A DNA stretch of 64,000 nucleotides, from the NCBI GenBank assembly GCA_047495785.1, contig JBLDXI010000042.1, positions 5,085,464 to 5,149,463 of the forward strand, in the 5' to 3' direction. This document shows positions 11,347-21,510 of the stretch, one piece after another. This DNA is from Lepidodermella squamata (taxonomy: Eukaryota > Animalia > Gastrotricha). A model generated the notes under the pieces. That model worked only from the letters and a program-made list of their open reading frames with translations, searched no databases and was not told where the DNA came from. Within the stretch, counting starts at the first letter, position 1. Each line of letters starts with the position of its first letter. Position numbers and translations under genes: made by a program.

Positions 11347-14300
11347 TTAATGACGCCAAATGTTGTTAGTATCACCCTCAGTAGCGGCTTTGTTCCTAGC
11401 TGTGATTGTTTCAACTAGAAACCGTGCAATGTCGAAGAAACCATTTAGGGCAGCGATGCGATAAGGCGTGATGCCATTATTGCAAGGAATATCGATGTCT
11501 GCGTTGAATGGAGCGTTGACAAGAGCTTTCACTATGCTAATCCATCCTGCTTCAGCAGCAATGAAAATCGGCGTCGCGCCGTCTACGGCTCGAACATTAA
11601 CATCCAAGTTGCGGCATTGTGTTATCAACCTAAATATGTCGTCATGGCCTCCTTGAGCAGCTGCGTGTAAAGCCGTGTATCCATTGGATGCGCAAGTATC
11701 AACTTTGGCTCCTTTTTCGATCAGAACTTTTGCCGCCTTGTATTGACCGGATATTACAGCGATGAATAGCGGGCTTCTTCCCTTCGAGTCGCACTTCTCA
11801 ATTTGAGCTTTGAATTTTTCGACTAAAAGTATGATCATGTCGACGTTATCTTCTTGTGCAGCAGCCATGAGAGGCGTAAAACCTTCTTCGTTAGTCATAT
11901 TTACGTCCAAAATGCCCTTCTCTAAAAGGCTCGTCACTTGAATAGTCTCATTCATTCGGGCATGTCGAAAGAGCATCAATAGGTAAATAAAACTACAAAT
12001 TATCAATTATCATAAAAGCAATTCGCGAGATATACACTTTGCGCATCTCGAGAACTACTATCGCTGACATCCCCAAGCGCATTTCGGTTGACATTATTTC
12101 TCCTCAGCCAAAAATCACTCTCCAGTAGTCGTTGCGCTGTCGCTCTCTCAGGGATGTTGCGGTGTAACATTGACCTAACGAACTCTCTGAATTCCAATGA
12201 ATATCCGCGATTCGAATCGAAAGGTCTCGGTTCGACTCCTTGTCTGTAAGATTTTTCGAAATAGCAATTTCTCATTTCTACCAAGTATTGTTTCTAGCAA
12301 TAGGCAGTGGTCGGTCCAAATCTCAGGGGGAAAATCGAGCATTTTGCCGAAAATGTGCAAATAATAAGGGCCCCCTTCCCCCGTACTCGGAACACTGACA
12401 TGTGTTATTTTTAATCTGAATGAACAAATCCTGCGTCCTTAAAAGTGTAAAATTTACCCACCCTTTTCGCAGCTAACATTCATTTAGAGTCAAATGTCTG
12501 ATCTCTCCCTAATTGACAGAACCCTAGATCTATGAGTGATAAATCTGCCCGGTCATATTGCATTTGCCCAACTTCCGTCCTCGATATTCATTTTTGTTTT
12601 TTGACACACTTCAAGCAGCAAGCAACTAGGCCAGTTCTCGGGAAGGATGGAGCTTAAAAACTTACTTTACGGCATCAACGTTTGGAAACTGTATAAAAAA
12701 CTCACAACTTACTTTCACTTCCTTAGCAGTCTTAAAATCAAGAAACTAACCGGTCTATAAAAGTGTGCCGCTTCGAACAGCGTAACTCCGAACGACCACA
12801 CATCACCGGCTGTGGTATGAAGCCCAATGAAAAATTCCGGCGGAGCGTATTCTTGAGTTCCGAAGACAGTGAGCTCTTGAACAGGCTCACTACTATGATT
12901 TCCATTTATCAACACAGCCGATTTCCAAAAACTTGAAGGCTTACTTGGGAGCGAATCTCCTGGCAAAACCAAAGTCACCAAGCTTCACACATCTGCTAGA
13001 AGTGAGCAGTATGTTATCAGGCTTGATATCGCGATGTTGCACGTTCATCTTGTGAACCCTATCGATAGCTAACAGTAACTGCCGTGCGCAATTGTATAGC
13101 AAGTTGATAGGTATTGCCTCGTTGGCCTTCTGTTTGTCATCGATTAGCTTCCGGAAGCTGCCTCCTTTGCAATACTCCATAACGAGATAATAAATGTCGT
13201 CACCACTTTCTCCGCGTCCAAAGCCGCACAAATGTGAGTATTTTTCTATTACCGTATTTGCTCGTACATAAGGCTGACACTAATAAAAGGCGGACTCCCT
13301 CTATTCGTGTGCATCCTAATATTCATGCAGTAGTTCATATCGCGCCTTCCGCGCCAGAACAGTGTGCCGGAAATAGAAACAGATGGCGTAAAACTAACGT
13401 TTTGCATCCTCGCCAAGTCAGTCGCGTGCCTGATCGCTGGAAAAAAAAGTTGAACGCCAGTTTTTTTCTGCGCATCAAATGCATTACGCCCTTTGTTTCT
13501 ATTTCCGGCATACTGTTCTGGCGCGGAAGGCGCGATATACAACCTTATATTCGGATTTTAGTTCAAGAGGGTCATTTTTTCGAAATGTACACCAACATAA
13601 GACTAGTCTTAAGTACGAGCAAATACGGTAAGCAAAATCCAAGCATTTCATTAAACTATGAGGGCTCCGGATGTTTTTACATATTTATGTACAGTTTTTC
13701 AACTATTCGTACATATTTTCAGAAAGGGGAAAATGCTTTCTGCCATCAATTTTGGGACTTTCGCCATCAAACCGGAAAATTCAAATTTCACCATCAATTT
13801 TGGGGTTTTTACCATCAATTTAGGTACTTTCGCCAACAAAATGGATTTTCTCGCCAACAAATCCGAAAATACCTGCTGATTTAGTCCAAAACTGCTCAAA
13901 ACATTGCCAAATGGCGTACCATCGTTAGCGCAGAGGAATTGGAGCATGTCCATGTCACCTTTAAGGTAATACTATAGGGTAATAATAAGTAAATGAAAAT
14001 ATGCAATTTTACATTTTTACTTTTTCGCATGACTATGGCATTTACTTCAAAATTGACATGAAACATTCCAAATCCGACCAAATCGCGCCAACGATATGGT
14101 ACGCCATTTGTTAATGTTTTGAGCAGTTTTGGACCAAATCAGCAGGTATTTTCGGATTTGTTGGCGAGAAAATCCATTTTGTTGGCGAAAGTACCTAAAT
14201 TGATGGCGGTTTCGGTTTCGTTGGCGAAAGCCCTAATTTGATGGTAAAAACCCCAAAATTGATGATGAAATTTGAATTTTCCGGTTTGATGGCGAAAGTC

Positions 14301-14913
14301 CGAAAATTGATGGCGAAAGTCCCAAAATTGATGGTAGGAAAATTTACACCCTTTCAGAAATATGTACAGCTTTCGACTATTCGTAAATAAATAGGTACAA
14401 ATATTTGGCTATTCGGACATATTTTCGGCTTTCAACTGAATTGTAATTCAGGTTAGGGTTAGGGTTAGGGCTGGGTTGGATTTGAGAATATGTACGAATG
14501 GCTAAATATTGGTACATATTTATTTGCGATTAGTCGAAAACGTGTACATGAGTATGTACGAACATCAACTTCGAAATATGAGAGCCTTGCCTCTAAATTG
14601 ACCATAAACTTTGATTACGCCTTCGTGCTGGCATTGTTCCGTCATTTCATACTAGAGCAAAATCGAATCTGCGCGTTTTTATCAGGCAAGATTAGCAATA
14701 TGATACACTTGCCTCTCCAAGGTGAAGGTCGACTAGCGTTTTCGCATTATCCCCATGCTCCCTTTGTATCTTGGAAAGATTCACAGCTTTCACGGCATAG
14801 AAAGGCTGCAGTTTTTCATGGCTGCGTTTGCACAGCCACAAATCTCCATATTGCCCTCTGTCTAGATGATCGATTTTCGTGAACTCTGTGGTAGAACTGA
14901 AATTTCTCGCCAT
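11347..14913 (-). CDS. NEK-like Ser/Thr kinase with C-terminal ankyrin repeats (gene B), about 7 exons; the last splice junction is non-canonical
   Basis: Exons 14913-14713, 14651-14591, 13245-12945, about 12892-12751, a mini-exon near 12688-12666, about 12243-12036 and about 11976-11347. Motifs DRGQYG, YAVK, HRDIKPDN, KLGDFG, GTQEYAPPE, DVWSFG, then 5-6 ANK repeats (GFTPLMAAA, GRSPLFIAV, GYTALHAAA, GATPIFIAA, GITPYRIAA). Confidence 0.8.
13341..13534. mobile_element. About 190-bp MITE with ATAT TSD (Sola1-like family), copy in a gene B intron
   Basis: Long TIR CGCGCCTTCCGCGCCAGAACAGT(G/A)TGCCGGAAATAGAAACA; ATAT on both sides; near-identical inverted copy at 50376-50567. Confidence 0.9.
13663..14586. 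mobile_element. Degenerate TIR element containing a (TTAGGG)n-like tract; host of the Mutator foldback
   Basis: GGCTC...GAGCC ends with inverted ATGTACA/TTCGACTA/GTACAAATATTT motifs; GGTTAGGGTTAGGGTTAGGG at 14451-14470. Confidence 0.55.
13726..14351. mobile_element. Mutator-like foldback element
   Basis: About 200-bp inverted arms with internal CCATCAA/CGCCAACAAA repeats, G-rich termini and exact 9-bp TSD TTTCAGAAA (13717-13725, 14352-14360). Confidence 0.85.
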
Positions 14914-15073
14914 ATGAATAAAACAAAACTAGAGGGTAGAAAATCGACAGCAATATTGAGCCTTGTAGCCTTGCGTTTAATTGCTATCTCATTTGTCATT
15001 GGTTCTGTTCTCTGTGTTGAAATAAGTTACACTGTAGCTGAAAATGTCGATATAACAATTTTCAAAAAACGAA

Positions 15074-15270
15074 GTGCCTATTTGTACATAATTATGTAAT
15101 ATATTTTAACTATTTTTACATAATTTTTCAAAATGGAACTTTGCTTTTTCACCAATTTTCGGGGTTTTCCTGGTTAGGTTCAGGGTTAGGGTTGGGGCTG
15201 GGTTTAGTTTTCAAAAAGTTATGCACAAATAGGGAAAAAGTACCACATAATTATGTGCAAATAGGGGCAC
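15074..15270. mobile_element. Short MITE with internal GGTTAG-like repeats
   Basis: Inverted ends GTGCCTATTTGTACATAATTATGT / ACATAATTATGTGCAAATAGGGGCAC; GGTTAGGTTCAGGGTTAGGG at about 15172-15191. Confidence 0.6.
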
Positions 15271-16284
15271 CCTTTCAAAAAATGAACGATCTTGGCCGAA
15301 AATGTTTCGTAAATAAAAAAAGCTCTGTGTTACATGATGCACGCTAGAATGAGAAATATCCGGAAAATTTGTTCTCAACAGGTGCGACTCAAGAAAACTC
15401 TACTCTCACGGCGTACCTGAGACCTCAAGAACTGGTTACATACAGCCTACAACCAGTTACCAAGGTCATACTTACAAAATAAGATGTTCGCGTCATGGCA
15501 AATCGATTAAGGTATTGGCAAGGTGGGCCGCTGACAAGTGGGCCGCCAACTTCTATTTTCAGGGTAGTTTTAGAAGTTAGCGGCCCACCCTCAGCGGCCC
15601 ACCTTCGAGTGACAGATATGACCTCGAGTCATGAAAAAAATGAAACTGCCAAGTGAGCTCATCAAAATACTCATTGGCAATGTATATCAGATCAAGTTAA
15701 GGGGTGGCCGCTGATAAAAAAAGAAAAGTGGACCGTCAACTTCAGCCAGAAATTTTAACAACAAGGCGTACAACAAGGCTGATGCTAATGCGGTACTGCT
15801 AATCAATGGTATCTTAGTTATCGATGGTTTTGCGCTGAAACACGCCGATCGGCTACATTCGCATACACACGCCCATGAGAACTGCATTGACACTGAGAGA
15901 ATGTCCAAACATTGAGAGTAAACTATCCAATAGGCCATAGACCTCTATTCATTGAAAAAGTGCACTTTCAATATTGAGAATATATTTTCCCGCATTGAAA
16001 GTTTCCTTTCAATAAAATTGAGGCTTATTCAACGCGAAAGATCTCAAATCTTTTCATGTCACTTTCTGCGGTTTCCCCTCTCATTCAGAGTATACAGTAC
16101 GACCTCCATAAATGCAAAGGGTCGGGAGACACGCGATTGCATTTACGGAGGGTTACATTTATAGAGGGCTGTTAAAGAACTAGCGATGAATCATAAAAGT
16201 GCGTCGCTAAGTTTTTTCTTAGTTGCTAAGGCGACAATGATTTTACTGGTTAGCCATGTTTTAAGATAAGTCGGAACGAATTCA

Positions 16285-16374
16285 GTAAACTTCATTGATT
16301 TAGTAGTTTTTGGTAGGTTGGCAAACTTGCACACGCGCCAACCTACCAAAAACTACTAAATCAATGAAGTTTAC
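16285..16374. repeat. Perfect 38-bp inverted repeat with 14-nt spacer
   Basis: 16285-16322 is the exact reverse complement of 16337-16374. Confidence 0.9.
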
Positions 16375-17293
16375 GATTGAGCTCAACATTTGTAAATGGG
16401 TTCATCACGCTTCCTAACTATATAATGAAAAATAAAAAATGAAAATCCAAGCATTGAAAATCTGGGGGTCGCGAAGAATCGAACCCGAGGCGCCCGCAAA
16501 CCATGTTTTCCCGCGAAAACCAAAAAAGCCACGTCCATTTTCACCTGTGGCACGAAAGCTACAAATCCTATCACGGATTGCGCCATCCGAAAGAGCAGGG
16601 TCGATTACCCCTTCAGACGAATCGAAGACATTTCAAACTGGCAACTTCGATGACGCGAGGATTCGCGGAAATAGCACATTTTCCGGCACACTGTTATGGC
16701 GCGGAACCCGCGATATTGAATACTAGCGGCTCTTTTTCTCAAAGTGCTGTGCTTAGGACCAGAGCTACAGGACCTGCGTAAATGTGTGTTGATTACTTGA
16801 AAAGTCAACCTGGAATCGATTGTTATAAGCCATTTGTTGATCGAATTCATTTTTTATTCAATTTCATGCCGAATTTCCGACAATAATCGAAGCATTCACA
16901 TTGCCGTTCCTTCTTCAATTACGTGCATCGCATTTAGTTCATTCCAAGCGATCCCTTTATTCTGTAGTATTTTCCATTTCATTCATATAATCGAGATAAC
17001 TCGCGAGCAAAAAGTTATCGGAGAAAGATAGCGCAGAGAGAAAGAAGAAATAATCAATTTTTTACATGAATAAATTTCACTGCATATTATACAAGTGCAA
17101 CATAGATGTAATATGGGGGAGAAATAATTCATCGAGAAATAAATATTTGCAATCATCAATAAATTATTATAACAAGGGTTTAACCTCACAATAAAAGGGT
17201 TCAGGATAACAAATCAAAATCCATTGTTCTCTCTGTCCAATTATCATCGAGAGCGAAAGAGCGAATAATTGTTGTTGTTTTCCGAAAGAAAAA

Positions 17294-19537
17294 TCACGCA
17301 GAAGACGCTGGTACGGAATTTTCGGTAATTTCCGGCGACTTCAACCCGCCCGGTGCCAGGTCGAGCGTGACGGCGCTGAGTGAAGTCGAGCGTATCACGG
17401 CGAACAGCTCAACGTCCTGCGGGCCCAGCGTGAACAGCGGCGGCGAGTTGGGCTCGTCCAGCGACGAAATCGGCGACTTGGCCCGGCACGAATCGGCCCC
17501 GGACGAAATCGGGCTCACCGGCCCGCACGAACTGGTCGAGCGTGTCGACGAGAGGCACGACGACGAGACAGCCGGGCGGTGTTCGTAGGGGAAGGCCGCG
17601 CTTTTAACCACCCCCAGCAGCGATTTATCAGCCAGGCACCGTTCCAGCTTAACGAGCTGCTTCGGTGCGGTCAGGCATATCGAGAGGGACACGTGGCTCG
17701 GGGCGACACGCATGACTGGTTCCAGCCCGCAGCAGCTGGTTTGTTCCGTTGTTCGGACGTCGAAGAACAACGCGCCTATTGTGGTTTCGACGAAAGCTGC
17801 CACCGATTCCGGGGCTTCGTGCACGCAGGATTTCGAGAAGTGGTCGTTAATTGCCTGGAGTAACGCCGTTTCGTTATGGTTCAGTGACCCTGAGTCGACG
17901 TCGGGTTGCGGCGGGGGCGGCGGGGGTAGTTCGACCTTGAGCGGTGCGGTTTTTTCGACGAGGGCGACCTGTTCCTGGTCTTCGGTTTTTACCTGGTATT
18001 TCTTACCGACGACCGGTTTTTTCTTGCTAGAACCGCTGGTTTTCGCCGACCAGCAGAAACAGCCGAATAAACTGCGGAACAGCGACGTTTTCTTCTTGGA
18101 TTTCTTACGGCCGCTGATCGAAAGACTCATCTCGTCCTCATCTTCGTTAATTAGCGTCATCGATGGGGCGGTTGATGCTGGGACACCTACTGGTACCGGC
18201 TTCTTCATCGCATCGGGTTCCACCGCTGGAACCGGGCTGTTTTGACCGAGTAACAGCCGTTTTTCGTCCGATTCAGTGATGTTGAGTGATGTTTCAATAG
18301 CCGAGTCGTCTTGGTTCGACCCGGGTGATTGAGGTGGTTGGGCTGAGGAGGATGGGCGGAATCGACAGCAGCGGATCCACTGGTGCGTGGTGACCCCGGT
18401 TACCGGGTTTGTTACCGGCAGCCGGATTCGGGCGATTCCGACGCATAATTGCAGCTCACCTCGCCTTCTTAGGCCTTGAAATAAAAATTAGAAAAATTAG
18501 TGATTGAGAATTACTGCTAGGCTACATTGAAAAAATTAAAATTTCCAATGAAAATTTGAAAAAAAATTTGAAAAATTGAAATTAATCCAAATTTCTACAT
18601 TTTCTTTGAAATTTCCACAAATTGTGAAAAAATAATTTCGCCGAATTTCGATTTCAAATTTCAAATTTTGAAATTTTGAAAAAAATTTAAATTTTTTGAA
18701 AAAAGTATCTCCACTAAAAAAATCGGAAAAATAAATTAGGAAAATTACTAAGTTCAGGACATTTTTTTAAATTATTTTCGAATTTGAAAAAATTAAAAAA
18801 AAACATCGCAAATAGACCAAAACCGAATTATTCTGCTCACAGATAAAACTTTCAACATTTTAAATTGAATTTTCAATATTTTAATTTTAATGTTCAAAGC
18901 TTCCCGATTGTTGATAACCAAATTCAGGATGAAAATCCTCGAAATCATAATTGGAAAAATTGAGGAAAAATATAAGATTATGAAGCTTACTTCCAGAGGG
19001 TGACACCCGGATGCACCGATCAGGCAGAACCGCTGCCTCCAGCTGGCTCGCCAATTGAAAGAAGCTGAACAGCCGAAGGGCGTTCAGAAAAATCAGAAAC
19101 TGATTCACCGTCTCGATATCATCAATCGAATTCACCGCCGACGCTGGCACCGCAGATAGCGGCCTTTTCGCCGCCGCCTGGTTGGTACCAGACTGGTTCC
19201 CAACTGGTACCGACAACCGGCCCTGACCCGCCTTGTAGTAAGACCAGAAATCGTCCGATAATTTAGCCGTCGCCACAAGGTGACTGATAGCTCGGCGGTG
19301 TTCCGGGCTTAGGGCCATCGATTGAGCTTGCGGGGTGCTGGGCGGTTCCAGTAACAGGTTCCGGTTGGCTGATTTCACTGGAACCGGCTTTGGGCGAGCA
19401 GGTTTCGCCGTTGGGACGTGTCTCGTGGTCGATTTTTTGATCGGAGTCATCAACAAGGCTGTTTCACCTGCGTTGCTCGAGGTGTTACGGCCCATTAACG
19501 GCGCCGTAGCACTGTTATCAACTAGGAGTACCGTCAT
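17294..19537 (-). CDS. Two-exon protein of unknown function (about 575 aa, Ser/Pro-rich) (gene C)
   Basis: Exon 1 is 19537-18990 (ATG in ACCATGA context, donor A|GTAAGC). Exon 2 is 18474-17294 (acceptor TTTCAAG). The phase-1 join is open throughout (..SPSG-SLRRRGELQLCVG..). GC-rich exons contrast with a very AT-rich intron. Confidence 0.75.
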
Positions 19538-20959
19538 GGTTTCAAAAAATTCATTTCTTTGAAAAAAATCTAAACAAGAGAAATTGTTTCAATGAGAAAG
19601 AGGTGATGAAATTGAGCTGAGACTGAATTTTGAGGCGCGCGCTTCATTTTTTGGGGCACGTGCTGATCCAAACAGAGAAAATCGTAAAAATTCAGAAAAT
19701 GAATGAAAAAATTCCAGTCAATAAAAACAATGAACGTTTCGTGGTAAATGATGCGGAAAAATAAGTAAAATAAATAAATAAATAATTTTTCTTCGCTGTG
19801 TATAATCCAAGTGGCCGTTTGAGGCGAAACGTGATCTTGTGCGCTATTTTTACAAGCGGCCTAGGCCGAGAAAGAAAATGCTGATATAATAACAACAATA
19901 ATGACGAAGGCGCAGAATGAGCAGGAAAGGTAATAATATATAACGCATAATTTATTTTTCTACTCGGAAAAAATTATTTTCCACCGGCCACTTTGAATAC
20001 GAAATGAGGCAGATTTCCAAACGGCTCGTACGTATAAGCAATAAAGGTAAACATACTAGAAAATATTCCGCGGAAAAATAGGGACGCCATTAAATAAGGA
20101 AAAATTAAAAACATTATTTGGGACACGAATTTCGATACCGAAAATACCGAAAATCCCGAAAAATCGGAAATAATCCTCTAGCTAAGATTTTCCGCCTTGA
20201 TGTTACCCGACGGAACATCGAATTGCACTCTCTGAATGCTAATAAACCTACCGCAACAACAAAAGACTCTTGTGTATAGGAAAAACGATATCGACTACTT
20301 TCGAGTTGATATATAACATAACGGTATAATACACAGGCAATAGCGCAACAAAACGCGAATATGTAATATATATCGGTGCGAAAAATGCGGGCGGTTTGCT
20401 TCGTTTTTTCGGCTCGAGGCCAATATTATACATAGTATATAATAATAGCCGTTGCTAATGTAATAAATATTGAAATGGCCTAAGAGATGGTGATATAAAA
20501 TAATAACTACAGCATGTAGCTACTCAAGCGTGACGGGCACTTTTTTACGCGCTCTCGACTTCCGATATATGAGATGATGAGAGGGAGGCAGGGCTAGAAA
20601 TAATTATATATATAAGGCAAAAAACGAGGGAAAATTGTTAGGTAAACAATATTGACTAATGATATTGGGTGCGTTTCTTTATCTCAATTTTATTTCATTT
20701 TTTAAAATAAAATGAAAATAAAATGGTCGTTTCATTGATATTCATCGTTTATAAATTTTTTGTGTTTTCACGTTTCTTTTCGTAATTTTATTTTATAAAA
20801 TGGCGCAAATAAAGCACGCGTTTCATCGAAAAAATCCATTTTTTTAGCTCAAGGAAAAACAGGGGGTAGAGCCGTTTTGGTCTTATTTTACACTTGTATT
20901 CTGAGGCTTTTCTGCGCATAAATGTCCATTTTTATATCGTCTTATATAGAATTGCGCTC

Positions 20960-21510
20960 GTAGAAGAGTTCAGCGGAACTTGGTTCGACAACGTCACTTC
21001 TCTATGGCAATGTTTGAGCAGTGACACTTCAGAAAGTTGTGTTATTCAGCAATACAACTATAGAGCCCACGTCATTTCAGTTGAGGTTTTTTAAGCTAAC
21101 GATATCTGCTCAGTGCGTAGTGCGACATGTCAACCACGACATTCGCGCTAACGACATTTGAGCTGACTATAAATTAATTATTAATTTAAGTGTTGAATCT
21201 TGGCTATACGAGCGGAGCGAGCATGCCCAGCTCCACCTCTATAGCTTTTTGAAGGTCCATTGTATTTGAATAATAATAAACATAATTAACATAAATTTAG
21301 CTGATTTGTCGAGTGGCTAAGTTGTCGCTTCGCTCAGCTCAGTTCGCGCAAATATCTTAGAGCCTTTAATTCGACGAATGTGGAAAACTTCTACTGCCCA
21401 AATATATTATTACAAATCTTTTGCGGAAGTGGCAGTTGCTGAAGTGTCGCCTGCTCAATCGGCAATGCTGAGGTGAAGTCGTTGAACTACGTTCTACTGA
21501 AATTTCCTAC
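20960..21510. mobile_element. Degenerate TIR element remnant
   Basis: Imperfect inverted ends GTAGAAGAGTTCAGCGGAACTTGGTTCGAC / GTTGAACTACGTTCTACTGAAATTTCCTAC. Confidence 0.4.

Noticed and set aside
6341-11347. Genes B and A as one giant gene
   Set aside because: The gene B ANK exon ends in a stop at 11347 and gene A has its own ATG-initiated first exon equivalent to that of gene B; no linking splice sites were found.
12307-12397. Short CAGTG...CACTG hAT-like element
   Set aside because: TIR too short and no 8-bp TSD visible.
13234-13953. 216-aa ORF and overlapping repetitive ORFs (HQFW repeats)
   Set aside because: They run across a MITE and a foldback element in an intron; the repeats are transposon subterminal motifs.
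14451-14470. Telomere or chromosome-fusion site
   Set aside because: Only three units, embedded inside a TIR element.
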